DNA from: the human T2T-CHM13v2.0 reference genome, Homo sapiens
Assembly (NCBI RefSeq): GCF_009914755.1
Contig: NC_060927.1
DNA length: 64,000 nucleotides
Strand: one strand, 5' to 3'
A program made the translations under genes and the position numbers. Position 1 is the stretch's first letter; the number at the start of each line of letters is the position of its first letter. Shown here piece by piece: positions 32,547 to 49,503 of the stretch. Under the pieces are notes generated by a model. It worked only from the letters and a program-made list of their open reading frames with translations, was not told the origin of the DNA and did not search any database.

Positions 32547-33101
32547 TAGCTAATTTTTGTATTTTTAGTAGAGACGGGGTTTCACTATGTTGGCCAGGCT
32601 GGTCTTAAACTCCTGACCTCAGGTGATCCTCCCAACTTGGCCTCCTAAAGTGCTGGGATTACAGGCATGAGCCACTGCGGCCGCCTTTTTTTTTTTTTTT
32701 TTTTTTTAAAGACAGTGTCTTGCTCTGTCACCCAGGCTGCAGTGCAGTGGCTTGATTTTGGCTAACTGCAAACTCTGCCTCTTGGGCTCAAGTGATCCTC
32801 CCATAGTGCTGGGATTACAGGCATGAGCTACCACAACCGACCTAGAACTAATTACTTTTAAAGAAGTTTAAATAGTAAGAAAAGCCTCTCCTATTTTCTG
32901 ACATAGTTGCATTTTTAGTGCTCTTCATTCTGTTGTTTGGATCCATATGTCCACAGGGTATCATTCTGTTTCTCTTCAAAGAAAGTCCTTTTAACATTTC
33001 TTGTAGTGGAGGTCTGCTGGTGATGAATTCTTTTAGCTTTCATATGCCTGAAAAAGTATTTTGCCTTTGTTTTTGAAATACGCTTTCATTTATCTTCCCA
33101 G

Positions 33102-33267
33102 AAAACAATCCATCACGATAACAAAAAATAGAAACACAAAACCCATCTTTGATGATTCCAAAGATCTGTTTATCCTTGGACCACAACATATGAAAATGGA
33201 AAGCAAATGGTGAAATAACATAAATGATGACAATAGTAGACATATATGTTTACTATATCAGGAACCA
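33102..33267 (+). pseudogene. Pseudo-exon 10: KQSITITKNRNTKPIFDDSKDLFILGPQHMKMESKW*NNINDDNSRHICLLYQEP
   Basis: tatcttcccag| acceptor, phase 2 start / phase 0 end, one stop in 55 codons of AT-rich DNA. Confidence 0.55.
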
Positions 33268-33705
33268 GTATCTATCAGGGGCTCAGCAGCATACTCAAAT
33301 ATCACATATTCAAATTAGGAGGTTTTAATAAAGGGACAGTACACAAAGTTTGGGCAGTGTGTAGGGACAATACAATATCCTGGGGCTAGTGACAGTGGGG
33401 TTGTTACCATACTAGGCTAGAAGGGTTACAGGAATTCAGAGAGGACTCCTTGAGAGAAGCTGTGACCTCACGATAAGAGATGCAACCAGCCCAAGGAAAT
33501 CCTCCAGGTGGGAGCTGGAGGAATGAATACTCTAAACTCACTCTTCTCCCTCTCACTGATATAATGACAGGATTTTCACTGGGCCAAACCAAACCAGAAA
33601 CGTCAGGCAGGAGAGCCCATGATGAAGTACACACAGAAGAGTGAATCAGGGTGCATAGTGGATTTGGAGAAGTAAACAAAAATACGGGGCATAGCCCCAT
33701 TCTAA

Positions 33706-33869
<164 letters not shown>

Positions 33870-34564
33870 TAATTTTTTGTATTTTAAGTAGAAATGGAGT
33901 CTCACCATGTCAGCCAGGATGGTCTCGATCTCTTGACTTCGTGATCCGCCCGCCTCAGCCTCCCAAAGTGCTGGGATTACAGGTGGGATTACAGGCATGA
34001 GCCACCATGCCTGGCCCATTCTAAGTACTTTGGATGTATTACTACATTGAATCCTCCCCCAAATCCTATTAATTACCATTATTATTCCCAGATAAACAAT
34101 GAAAGATGAAGGAAAATTCAACTGAACTGTGACATCTTCTGAGAGTTCAGAGAAGACACTGCCTTCATTAAATAAAAATAAGGGTGCTTTAAGTATAGAA
34201 AGAATGATAGAAAAACTTATAGTAGAAAAAAAAACTGATGGCAACCCTCTCCTCAAATTAATAGAAGGATCTGAAGACAAAGGTGAGGAAATCTCCTTGA
34301 GAGTTGAACAAAATATAAATAAATAAAAAGTAAGAATAAAGAGATTAAGACTATTTGAAAATCAATCCAGAAGTTAAGGCATAAAATCCAGAAGGTTCAT
34401 CTCTCTTTCTGGAATTCCTGAAAGAGAAAATAGAAAATTGTGGGAATGAAAATATGTAAGAAAAAAAAATACAAGAAAAAATTCCAAATTATCTGGATTG
34501 AAAAGTCTCTCCAGGTATATAGTACAACGAATGAAAAAGACCCAGGCCAAGGCCACACTTTTGA

Positions 34565-34708
<144 letters not shown>

Positions 34709-34972
34709 TGAGTATCTGGGATTACAGGCGCCTGCCACCATGCCCAGCTAATTTTTCATATTTTTAATAGAGACGGGGTTTCACCATGTTGGCCAGACTG
34801 ATCTTCAACTCCTGGTCTCAAGTGATCTGCCCTCTTCGGCCTCCCAAAGTGCTGGGATTACAGGCATAAGGCACCATGCCTGGGCAACATGTACAAATTT
34901 AAAAGTGATTATTAAATAACAATGAAAACTACTAGCTCTTAGTATCTTTTTAAAAAGTGATTTCACATACAG

Positions 34973-35090
34973 TCTCACATTTAAATGGGCTTGAAGGGTC
35001 CAGTGTCCCTGGCAACAGAGAATAAAACACTTGTAGGATGTCATTTTCAAACCTTTCACAGATGAGAGAGCACAGTTCATTAATACCTAG
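34973..35090 (+). pseudogene. Pseudo-exon 11: SHI*MGLKGPVSLATENKTLVGCHFQTFHR*ESTVH*YL(G)
   Basis: catacag| acceptor and tag|gtatgt donor; 118 bp = phase 0/1, bridging exons 10 and 12. Confidence 0.6.
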
Positions 35091-35327
35091 GTATGTTTGC
35101 ATGTGGACAAGCTTTGGAATGCATGTCCAGTTTCCTAGGCTAAGTGATTAGCTCTTAAAGATACAGTGCATGACTTCTAATTCCTTGCTATTCCCTCACG
35201 TCAACTGAAAACTGCTTTGACTAGGTAGGTCTGTGCAGCTGACTGATATATGAACCAAGCCTGGAGAAAGGAGATATGATGTCATGAGCATTTTTTTTTC
35301 CAACTTGTTTCCCTCAATACCCTTCAG

Positions 35328-35867
35328 GTACAGTGAATACGGTCACCTTTTCTCACTGTGTGCTCATGCGGACAAGGTTTTAAATTTTGATGATTGTCAG
35401 ATTTTTACTGGTAGGTTTGGGCTTGGGTAACCCTCTTCCCTTCCAATAGTGTAGTTCTAGAATTCTGTCAATAAACAAGCTAGTGTGAATTAATTGAATC
35501 AGCTGCATCAATAAGGGGGGGTATTCAGTGTCTTCTCTCCTCAATGCCAAGGGGAACCAGGTGAGTGAAACTGATTGGCCAGACAGTTTCTTTGCCAAAT
35601 CTTTGAGAGTCCTCAGGCTTTGGGAGAATTAGTAAAAAACGGACATGGACAGAATGTAAATGGAAAGTTGAACAGGCTCTTCACCAAGATGGTGGGTTGC
35701 AGTTTCCTGCAGCCACACAGTCTTTGTTGAAACAGGGCTGTGGTTATGAAGAGTTGTGCATTCTTAGCTGCCGCAGACTGTGCTGGGAATGGAAACTAAA
35801 GCAGTCAGTGGCGGTGACCACAACCCAGAAGCTGAAACCATGCTCTAATTTTACAGAAAATTGCTAG
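35328..35867 (+). pseudogene. Pseudo terminal exon 12: TVNTVTFSHCVLMRTRFLNFDDCQIFTGRFGLG..GGVFSVFSPQCQGEPGE*N*LARQFLCQIFESPQALGELVK/RTWTECKWKVEQALHQDGGLQFPAATQSLLKQGCGYEELCILSCRRLCWEWK..*
   Basis: Long pyrimidine tract + ccttcag| acceptor, phase-1 start; one frame to A6 run 35634-35639, then -1 shift and ~75 stop-free codons to TAG 35865-35867. Confidence 0.65.
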
Positions 35868-36360
35868 TTCTGGCTCTGTTCATTGCTTATGAGTTTTCAT
35901 TTAGACTGCAAGGATTACATCTAGTTGTATGTGAAATAACATCTTGAAAATTGACTGAAGAAAAACCATTTAGCCCTCACTCATTTGTACTAACCCACAA
36001 AATGTCAGTACAAACATTTTCTAATATACTGTAAGATACATCCTTTAGCATTGACAGTCAGTACAATTATAGGAGTGAAAAACAGAGGGAATAGCCAAAG
36101 CAGCAGTGAGAAAAGAGGACGGACAAAAAAGATGAGGAGGAGGAGGAAGAAAAAAATTAGGAGAAGCGACTTTGCATTTGGGAAAAAATTTGGACTTATA
36201 TTTATTTATGTGAATATCTTGCCAAATTTGGGAATTAACAGTATGTTAAAGAAAATGGTGAGAGCTGGCCGGGCGTGGTGGCTCAGGCCTGTAATCCCAG
36301 CACTTTGGGAGGCCGAGGCAGGCAGATCACAAGGTCAGGAGATCGAGACCATCCTGGCTA

Positions 36361-36634
<274 letters not shown>

Positions 36635-36663
36635 CTATTGAGAATTGGCTACTAACAGCTTAA

Positions 36664-36924
<261 letters not shown>

Positions 36925-37417
36925 TAGGCTGGTCTTGAACTCCTGGGCTCAAGTAATTCACCTGCCTTGGCCTCCCAAACTGCTAGGATTAGAGGTATAG
37001 CCACTGTGCTCAGTCTAGAAAGAGTACTAATCATTTTAATTAAAGTAGACTGAAATTCCAGTAAGAATTTCAAAGTGAAATTTGCCTTCTTTTATTTAGC
37101 CTCAAGTTCCTCAACAGTTACCTATATTAGCAGTGAGATTCAACATTTCTTTTCTATAACAACTATGACTTACCACTTGACTTTATACATAGTATGGATT
37201 CCAGATAGAGTTATTAAAAGTGAACACATAAATAAGTGAATGAATAGAGAATGCTTGAGAAAACAGATTTTAGAATTATGAGTTCTTGGACAGACTCAGA
37301 GGCTTACGCCTGTAATCCCAACACTTTAGGAGGTTGTGGCAGAAGGATCACTTGAGGCCAGGAGTTCAGGACCAGCCTAGGCAGCATAGTGAAACTTCAA
37401 TCTTTACAAAAAATTTA

Positions 37418-37618
<201 letters not shown>

Positions 37619-37762
37619 TCAAATAAAAGCATTTGTATCAATCTGCATCCTATTTTAAAGTTTGTATTCAGGAACCACAAACAAAAATTTCAGAAAGAAC
37701 CTCCCCAGGAACACAGCTGAAACCTGTATTTTGTTTGTAGGACAAACACTGTACACATGGAG

Positions 37763-39614
37763 GATGACTTAATAATGTAATTTATTTGAAATACTTCCAG
37801 AAAAGTTTAAGGCCATTATACAAAAACATTCATTTCATCAAAACATTCATTGACCACCTTCCCATAGGCCAACACTTGACAAACCTCTTTTCCCAACACA
37901 CTGGCTGATGGCTTCTAAAAGTGGCTGATGGCGCCTACAAAGAATCATTCATTCTTTTCTTCACCAGTAAAGGCTGTTCTTGGCTTTCCTCTGCTTCTGT
38001 CTGCAGCAGGTTCACTTGCTGTATCAATAACGACTTGAGAAAGCAGTTTTAAATAAACTTGTAATAGAAAAAATTCATCATGTTTAAGACCTATAAATAC
38101 AGAAATATGTTTTACAGGGTAAAATTGATCACAATATCCTTGTTTTCAAAAAATAATAAAGTATATACCTTGTTTTTATATTGATATATCTTGTCACACA
38201 GCTTGAATGCACATGATATATGTACATAATAAAATGACATCAATGCATTTACTGCTTTCTTTTCTGTAAACTTGAAAGACAGATTAAAAAAAACTTTTTG
38301 GCAATAATTTAGAATAATTACCACTAGTGCTGGTGTGGGTATAATTTTGCACAGGTCATCCTTAATATTTACACTTGCAGGGAGCTCTTCTAGGTACTTA
38401 GCTGTTTTTAAGGTCTGCACTTTACCCTGCACTGTAAATCAAGGCTGGACAAAGAGGTTACTAATCTGGCTAGCTGATTCTAATTAATCAGAGTTAATGA
38501 AATTGGCCTCTGGAGAACATAATTACAATTCTGATTATAGCACAGAACCAGAGATGGCAAATTGACGACCCAAAAGCAGAGCAGGAAAGCCCAAAGCTCT
38601 GGCCTTTCTCAGAAGGCACTGGACCATGCTTTTCTCTCAATGGCTCCCACAGAAGGTTCTGACGAAGTGCTTTTCATTCCAAATTCTTCCTCTCCTGTGT
38701 TTCTATAAACAGTGTCATCGATAGAGTCATGGTCTCTCTTCCTTGTTGCTTCATTCATTCTCTAAAATAATGAGTAGGCCTAGGCAGATGAAACACAATG
38801 AATACAGGGCCTTCTTGTTATCCTGGCAGGCCTTCCTAAGCCCTTTGGGTTCTATTCTGATGTTTTAGGCTAGCAACCAACTATGAGAGACACCTCCTGG
38901 TGCCATGTGCATTTCAGTTAAAGATTCAGAGCTGGCAGCCGCTTCTGTCCTGGCCCTTTTAAGGTCAGCCTCTATTTTATGTCCTAATACATTCTTGCAT
39001 CAAACTTGCACTGGATGAAGTTGCAAAGTTCAGACAATGCATCCTCCTTTGCAAAATTAAGCCTTCAGAATCCCCAGGGATGTTTTCAAGCTTTCTAGTT
39101 GAGTAAGATCAAACCAAGTTCACTTCATGAGTTGGTCTTTCCTGATTCTCTCTCTAATACCATCCCAATACACAGATGAGTTCCTCATGCCCTATTTACA
39201 AGGCCGTCTAAATTCCGTGCCTTTAGCTACCACATCTAAGAGCTGGGAAAGTGGTACAGAAGCACAAGAGGAAGGACTCTTCAAACAATCTATGTAAAAC
39301 AGTAGTTTTGAGATTCTTTTTCTATTTTTTTAAAATCCAGCAGGACAACTGAAAGTAACTTGTTTGAGTACCTCTCCATCCATCCAGACACTTGGGAAAT
39401 ACAACACAGGGTAATAGTTGCCACAGATTCCAGCTTACACAGACAGATTGGCAGTTACAGTACTAGGGACAAAGGTACAGATACGAGAGACTGGGCCAAC
39501 ATGTATACTTTCACAAAAGTATGAAAAAGTGCTTCTCCAAACCGTTCCATCTGTGGAATGCAAATACTGTACAGGTAAGATGCAGGCCTGCTTCCCGAAG
39601 TGCACATGCTTCTG
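37763..39614 (-). other. ARHGEF3: ARHGEF3 3' UTR (~1.85 kb; cleavage site approximate)
   Basis: Repeat-free, AU-rich sequence between the stop codon and the AATAAA signal. Confidence 0.85.
37781..37786 (-). terminator. Polyadenylation signal AATAAA of ARHGEF3
   Basis: tttatt on the + strand; GT-rich downstream element on the - strand (gtgtttgt near 37742-37749). Confidence 0.8.
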
Positions 39615-39967
39615 TCAGACGTTACTTTCACCATGCCTGCTGTTCCCACAGGAAGAGTCTGTCTGTTCCATGCGCTCACAGTCGAGGCTGACCTCACTCG
39701 TGTCCATACTACAGTCTGACTCACTGTCCGATTGGTCCATCTGCTCAAGTTTTGTTTCTCCCTGTAGCTCTCTGCTCCCGGTGGTGGGATTTAGGAACGA
39801 TCCCTCGGAGTCAAGCACCCCAGCTTGCCCGGCAGCACACAAAACTGTTTCTTTGGCTTGACGAATACAGTTAAGCCACTGCTGTTTGTTGAAAGTGTCA
39901 TTGGCTTGTAGCGAGTGGGTCTGACTTTGGGATCCATTTTTGAAACTGACTCTGAAGAAGTTTTTAA
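39615..39967 (-). CDS. ARHGEF3: ARHGEF3 last coding exon (PH end and C-tail), (I)KNFFRVSF...GNSRHGESNV*
   Basis: ttctag| acceptor, phase 1, TGA at 39615-39617; PH helix KQQWLNCIRQA. Confidence 0.97.
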
Positions 39968-42582
39968 CTAGAAAGGAAAAACACATGAAAAACAAAGTCA
40001 ATGGACAGATCCTTCCTCAGGCCAAAGAGAACACACGTAGTGACACTAAACCCCAGAATCCATGGCAGGTATTGCTGATAACAAAACGTTTCCCACTGAT
40101 CTGGGGCATGGCTCAGCTCCACCCTGCAGCCACCATCAGGGAGATGGGATTGACACAGGTCTAGCGTTCAGCTGCCCTCGTCGCTCTCAGAAACCCGCAG
40201 GTGGAGATCATCTTGGAACCACAAAGTCAAGTGATTTAGGGGAGCCCAGAGTACTGGTGACCCAATCTGGCTGCATAACAAAATCCCTTGGGGTGAGAGC
40301 TTGTTAAAAAGACAGATGCGCTCAGAGGCTGAAGTGGGAGCACTGCTTGAGTCTAGGATTTTGAGATCAGCCTGAGCAATATAGTGACGCCTTTTCTCAA
40401 AAAATAAAAATAAATCAATAAAAATAAATCCCCAGGCCCTTTTTTAGAGATTCTGATTCAGAAGATCTAAAAGTCGTTTCATAATCTGTAATTTCAACAA
40501 GTACACCAAGCTGGAGCTTTTTTCAGTTTAAGAGGCTCTTTTTAACATTAAAACATGCCCATGTTTCTCCATATGAGAGTATCTATACACTTAGTATCCA
40601 ATGATGGAGAAGATATATGTAGACAAATTTGGTTTCATTGTCAAACGAAATTACATTTTAATTACCTCAACAGGAGCCATCTGCATTTAAAAAAAAATGG
40701 TAGTCCACAATATGGAAGACATTTTATTTAATCTTTTTTTTTTTTTTTTTTTGAGACAGAGTCTTGCTCTGGAGTGCAGTGACACAATCTCCGCTCACTG
40801 CAACCTCTGCCTCCTGGGTTCAAGCAATTCTCCTGTCTCAGCCTCCTGAGTAGCTGGGATTACAGGCATGCACCACCATGCCTGGCTGATTTTTGTATTT
40901 TTTTTAGTAGAGACAGGGTTTTGCCATGTTGGCTAGGCTGGTCTCGAACTCCTGACCTCAGGTGATCCACCCACCTCAGCCTCCCAAAAAGATGGGACTA
41001 TAGGCGTGAGCCACCGTGCCTGGCCTATTTAATCTAATAACAACAATATAATGGACATTTAAAGGGCCCTGCGTGCCACATGCAATGCTTGGTTCACAGA
41101 AGCATCTGCAGTCAGTCCCTTTGCACTAACCCTGCAGCCAGTAGACTGGGAACCACCACCACTTCCAATGGCTTAGAGGCTAAGCAACAGAGGGAAAGGA
41201 GGCCAAAATGTTTTACTGCTAGCCATCTTTGGCTAGAAGCTATTCTCCGTCCTTCAAATTTAGGCTCCACCCTTTGATCTTGGGCAAGTACCTTAAATCC
41301 TCTGTATCTTAGTTTCTAACTTGTAAAATGGAGAAAACAAGAACCTACTTTATATGGTTGTTATGAGGAATAAATGTAATACATGTAAATGCTTATACAA
41401 TGCCTGGCACATAGTCAGTACTCAAGAAACATAAGCTCTTATTTCTACTACTCCTACTCCTAGGGTAGAGGGATTGATCAGTAGGGAGAAGGCAGTACAT
41501 GTTAATTACTTTGACAGTATGATGCCTATGTTAACCCAGGAAGCTCAAACGTTACTTTCTCAGAGAAGTGTTCCCTATCTCATTTAAAACAGACCTCCAG
41601 GCTGGGCCCGGGGGCCTGTAATCCCAGCACTTTGGGAGGCTGAGGTGGGTGGATTACTTGGGGTCAGGAGTTCCAGACCAGCCTGGCCAACATGGCAAAA
41701 CCTTGTCTCTACTGAAAATACAAAAATTAGCCAGGTGTGGTGGCCAGCCCCTGTACTCCCAGTTACTTGGAAGGTTGAGACACGAGAATTGCTTGAACCC
41801 AGGAGGCAGAGAGTGCAGTGAGCCGAGATCACGCCACCACACACCAGCCTGGGTAACAGAGGAAGACTCTGTCTCAAAAAAATAAATAAATAAAAATAAA
41901 ACAGACCTCCTATTGCTATCCCTTCCTATTCCCTTACCGGGTTTTAAGTTTTCTTAACAACACCTGGAGTATTCATTTGTTTATCATCTTTCTCCTCCAT
42001 CACAATGCAAGCTCCATAGGGGAAGGAAGTTACCTGCTTGTTTCACCGAGTATCATGTTAGATACTCGATAGATATTGCTATCTTGGCTTCTTTTAGTTA
42101 ATTTGTTTATTAAGTCTTAAATTAGGCCCACTGAGTAATGTTACAGATGAATCCACATTCCAGTTGACCATTCTTATGTCTCTTTAGGGACAAGTTTACC
42201 AGTTCAGCTGCAAAACCCACCATAACGCAACTGGCATCCATGTAGGGACTATCTGGTATTAAGCATGTTTTTATCCAATGGAAAAAGACAGAGAAAGGGA
42301 ACTTAAGGAGCACTAACTATGTGCAGACAGTTTCACTTAGATTATCTTACTAAATCCTTATAACAATCTTATGAAGGAGGTACCTATGCATTTCCATTTT
42401 GGAGATGAGAAACTGAGAATCACAGGGACTAAACAAAGTACATAATCAGGAAGTGATGAAATAGCATACAAATGCAGTTTGACTTCAAGACCGTGGCTTT
42501 TCTCTTTCCACCAGCTGCCCACTCCCTCCAAACTACCACGGCCAAAAACATTCAACAGGTCAACCCCGACTGCTATCCATAC

Positions 42583-42769
42583 TTCTCTCATTGTTGCTGA
42601 ATGCCCCTCGCAGGGAGCCACCCAGCCTCACTTCTCCATCCTGGAGGTCTTCCAGCAGGAGGTCTTTCACGGGGATTGGCTGACGGTACAGCTGGTAGCA
42701 AAGCTGCTCATTGTGGGTGACGGCTCGAGTGATCACAAGCACTTCTTGGAACAGGAAAACATGCAGTTT
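42583..42769 (-). CDS. ARHGEF3: ARHGEF3 coding exon (PH), KLHVFLFQEVLVITR...GAFSNNER
   Basis: 187 bp, ttctag| and |gtatgg; phase 0/1; overlaps ORF 42560..42742. Confidence 0.97.
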
Positions 42770-43210
42770 CTAGAAGAAAAAAATCCACAAGCTTTCATTA
42801 AGCAATAATGTAATGAGTGGTTGATATGTGGACCTCTGTGGATAAAGAGGTCCCCAGGTACCAGGTTCACACTGGATTATGAACTCCTAGGTTCAAATCT
42901 ACCTCCAGGAGAACCAAAGTTGGGCATGTTGGAGGCACTTCCAGATATGTCCACTGCCCTTCCTGTAGAAGCACCTCCCTAGGGACTCAATGGAGAAAGC
43001 CCTTCTGCCTACAGACACCTACAGCCAGGGTTGCCAACTTTGGGGGCCCTATTCACATTGCAATTCACAACTTGTACAGACATACCTGCCCCAGCTCCTA
43101 TAAGAAAAAAACGAGAAAGGGAAATAGAATCAAGAAGGTGATGAAGGGAAAAAAAAGTTAGCACTCTCTTGACTTTAGTTTATATTACTCAATATAATTC
43201 TAAGTAATCA

Positions 43211-43830
<620 letters not shown>

Positions 43831-44125
43831 AAAATTCTAAAAGATCAAAATTAACAATAGTCTATAAAAAATGAGACTGGTATATCAAAGCTAATATTAA
43901 TCTTTGCTTCCCAAACCCATGAAAAACACTTGTTCCTTCAACCACAAAGTCATTATCAGCTTTATTCAGGAACTCTAAGTCAGAACAGTGCTCATTCCTG
44001 AGGGGACCAGAGTATGCTGCCACAGCCACAAAGAAAGATGATCAGGCTGGGCACAGTGGCTCACGCCTGGAATCCCAGCACTTTGGGAGGCCGAGGTGGG
44101 CGGATCACCTGAGGTCAGGAGTTCA

Positions 44126-44371
<246 letters not shown>

Positions 44372-44689
44372 CTAAGTTAATCAGAACCTTGGTTCTCTGA
44401 AGAGGGTTAAAAAGTTGACGACTGATGTGTGTGATGTTGGCAAAAAGAAAATTGCAAAAATGAAGGCTTGTTTCAGGTCCCATTATGAAAGCAGGTGTGC
44501 TTGGTGGAGCTGGGGTATATTTGCTCCATTCAATGCTAAGTGCCAGACTCTTCTCACACTTTGGAAATGCTTACGAACTGAAGTGAAAATATCCACAACT
44601 TTGCAACTAGGTTCTAGCTTTCTGGTGGAAATATTTGGGAATGTCAATCCAGCAGTCTTAAAGGGGAGAGACCAGAAGAGGAGAGGTTG

Positions 44690-44945
44690 TCACTTGTAAG
44701 TGGGAGCTAAATCTTGGGTTCACATGGGCATAAAGATAGGAACAACAGACACTGGGGACTCTAAAAGGCAAGAGGGAGTGAGAGGGGCAAGGGCTGAAAA
44801 ACTTCCTATCGAGTACTATGTTACTATGTTCACTATCTGGGTGATGAGATCAATAGAAGCCTATTCTCAGCACCATGCAGTATATCCTTGTAACAAACCT
44901 GCACATATACCCCCTGCATCTAAAACAAAAATGGGAACTGAATTA
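44690..44945 (+). mobile_element. L1 (L1MA/PB-type) 3' end
   Basis: cacttgtaagtgggagctaaa...aacaaacctgcacatatacccc. Confidence 0.8.
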
Positions 44946-45268
44946 AAAACTTCAGATTAGAATTTTGACTTGGGATAGTGGGAGCACATTCAATATTATT
45001 AGATCATTTTAAATTTAGGAGAAAAGAAACCCATAGGTCTCCCACCCCTATCCCTACTACCTCCCAAACACACACAAACAGAAACAAAACCCAACCAAAT
45101 CTTGGCTAGAGGGAATAAAATGTATATTTAAGAAGACTGAAAAACAGGATAAAGCACAAAATAACCAAGTTAAAGGCTTTTTGGTGTGGTAGTTGTGGAA
45201 ATAACGTGTTAAGAATTTTCTTTTGGGGGCTGTTTTAATGTACAGTATTTGGAATAATCAGATTTTTA

Positions 45269-45672
<404 letters not shown>

Positions 45673-46390
45673 TCACTGATAATTTCTCTTATTGGTCTCA
45701 GCTCCTTCCTGCCTTCAACTACTGTGCTTTTTTTCTGACCCAAGACTTTATTCACAATGACGTTTACAACTCTACCGGGTGAAAAAAAAACCCACAAGCC
45801 TCCCACCCCAACTATCTTTGTTCTCAAAAATCTATCTGCCTGCAATAAAAACTAGAGTTTATCTTTATGCCTTAGGCACATCTAACCAAAAAGTTCTCAG
45901 TCCTTCACTGATGTACAGAAAGATAATAGGCTTACACCCTGTGGAGCACTGCATTTTCCTATTTCTCATTGGGCTTCCTAGAAAGAACGTTCAAGGAGCT
46001 TGGTGTAAGATACTAGAAGTCCACAGGTGCTTTCTGAAAATAAGCAAGAAACAGAATGCAGCTTTCTAGCAATCAGTAACTCTCTAGTCCCACAGACACA
46101 CGTCTTCAAGCAACAGACTTGACAGGTCTCATTACTCCCACTGTACCATCCACTGGATGGATCCACAGCATCCCTGATAATGGGTTATAACATGTACTCA
46201 CTAATTTCAAGTAATATTTCCATGGCTGCTCAGTCTAGACTAAACGGATGTCCCTTGAATTATCAAAACTTTATTAAGAACCCTTCAATCTAGTTCTAGC
46301 TTTCATTCTAAGGGTTGGCTAGATACTGAAGATGAAATACAATCAAAATGCAGAGTCTCTCTCCCAATGGCTATCTCAACACAGAAATTT

Positions 46391-46427
<37 letters not shown>

Positions 46428-47521
46428 TTTCTACTGGCTATACATACAAATAGCTTGGTGAGCTGAATGAATTTTGAACTCTCATATAATTCAAATTCAT
46501 CTTTCCTTTTAAACAAGCATTCATTCATTGAGTACCCAGTATGTGCCAGGTCCCCATAATAGGTTCTAAGGTTGACAAACCACCAAAACAACATGGTATA
46601 ATGGAATATACTGACAGACAAATGGAGAATTGCAAATCACTATATTAAGTGCTCCAAGGGAGATATACACAGTTGCTATGATAGCAGAAGAGGAACCATT
46701 TCAGTATCTACATGGGAATAAAAGCCAGGAAATGGGTATCTATAGGTCAAAGCTAAATATGCAACCAATAGAAGATAGGTTGTTATTTTTAAAAAATTGG
46801 TTTCAAAATGCCAGTCTGTGGATGGGTCCCAATGCACAAGAAAGAAGTTAAATGCATTCAACTGAAGAGCTGTTTCTCTGAGATTAAATCCTTCTAATAT
46901 CTTATTAAGATCATCCTTTATTTTCTGAAATCAAAGTGACAGATGTTAACTGTTCTGCATTTGTTTCTCAAAGCCAAGATCAGACAAAATAAATAGCTGG
47001 CAACCCTATGTTGGTTTCCAAAATTCTTTCTGAATAGGTACTGATCCTTAACATTACAAAATATGAATGAATATATATATACATATACACATATGATCCT
47101 GTGATATAAATGACACTGGAAAAGCAATTTTTGTTTGAAAGAACGAAGGACAGGCACGGTGGCTCAAGCCTGTAATTCCAGCACTTTCAGAGGATAAGGC
47201 AGGCGGATCACTTGAGCTCAGGAGTTTGAGACCACCCTGGCCAACGTGGTGAAACCCTGTCTCTACTAAAAAAATACAAAAATTAGCTGGGCATGGTGGT
47301 GCGTGCCTGCAGTTCCAGCTACTTGGGAGGCCGAGGCACAAGAATTGCTTGAACCGGGAAGGCAGAGGTTGCAGTGAGCCAGCCTGGGTGACAAAGCGAG
47401 ACTCCATCTCAAAAAAGAACATGACCCTAGATAGGGAAGAAATTCTAAGAGGAGGCTCCACACCAAATGAATTAGGGATACGGGAGGCGGATAAGACTGC
47501 TTAAAGGGAGTAACTACTTAC

Positions 47522-47692
47522 CACGCCCCGATTGTTCTTCAGTTCACCATGACAACACACGACTCGAGAGCTGTCGATCAGGGAGTCTTTCTGGCCTTCT
47601 TCCAAGTAAAGAAGCCGCTCTTTATAATAGCGGCATTCAGATTCACCAGTCTTGGTGTTGATTTCTGCCACAATTCCCTGAATGATATTTAT
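47522..47692 (-). CDS. ARHGEF3: ARHGEF3 coding exon (DH end / PH start), INIIQGIVAEIN...CHGELKNNRGV
   Basis: 171 bp (57 codons), tttcatag| and |gtaagt; phase 0/0. Confidence 0.97.
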
Positions 47693-48163
47693 CTATGAAA
47701 ACAAAGAGGAAAATTAAGTATGGAGGAAAGCAGCAAACCATTCACACCAAGTCTTAGGGGCTCAGCCTAGAAGGACACCAGGACACACCTGGATCTAACT
47801 CTGTTATCTAAGTTGCTACTTTGGGAAAAGAGAAAAAAAAAAAAACATAAATACTTTTAGCATACTGCATCTATCTATCCATCTGTACACATACACACAC
47901 ATTTATTTGTATACTTATAAAGATATTTGTATTATATATAAAACTAATATTGATGAATAATTTTATCCGGGAGGAAGAATACCTATTGAACTCCAGGCTG
48001 CATATTTCTTAAAACGTGCTCACAATGTTGAAAATGTAGCCATATAAAAAAATTAGCTAAGGACAGAAAACAAAGCAGAATGTAAGAGTCCAAAAGAGGG
48101 ACTGTCTTTGAGGATGTGACACAATTAATAGCTTCAACGTCTCTCTATATGTACTCAATCTAA

Positions 48164-48505
<342 letters not shown>

Positions 48506-48615
48506 TGAGTAGCTGGGACTACAGGCACCACCACGCCCAGCTAATTTTTTGTATTTTTAGTAGAACAGGGTTTCACCATGTTGGCCAGGGTGGTCTCGAT
48601 CTCTTGACCTTGTGA

Positions 48616-48825
<210 letters not shown>

Positions 48826-49082
48826 TGATATAATATAAATGTTTATAAAGAACAGAGAAAAAATAATGGGAAAAAAGACACCAGTATAATGCTGGGGATG
48901 GTCTGTATAAATACACTCACACCCAGGATCTAGAGCACATGTGAGTGACTAAGTTTGGGCAGAAGATTCCGAAGTGGTGGTGGATGCAGTGTTGTCAATA
49001 TAAAAACAAGAGTACTGCCTGAGATGTAGTCAGTGGATATTTATTCTGATGTGTTGGTCATTCTGTCATATGAATATATTTA

Positions 49083-49503
<421 letters not shown>

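Noticed and set aside
39418-39861. 147 aa ORF antisense to the last ARHGEF3 exon (also 42479..42808)
   Set aside because: Shadow ORFs opposite real coding exons.
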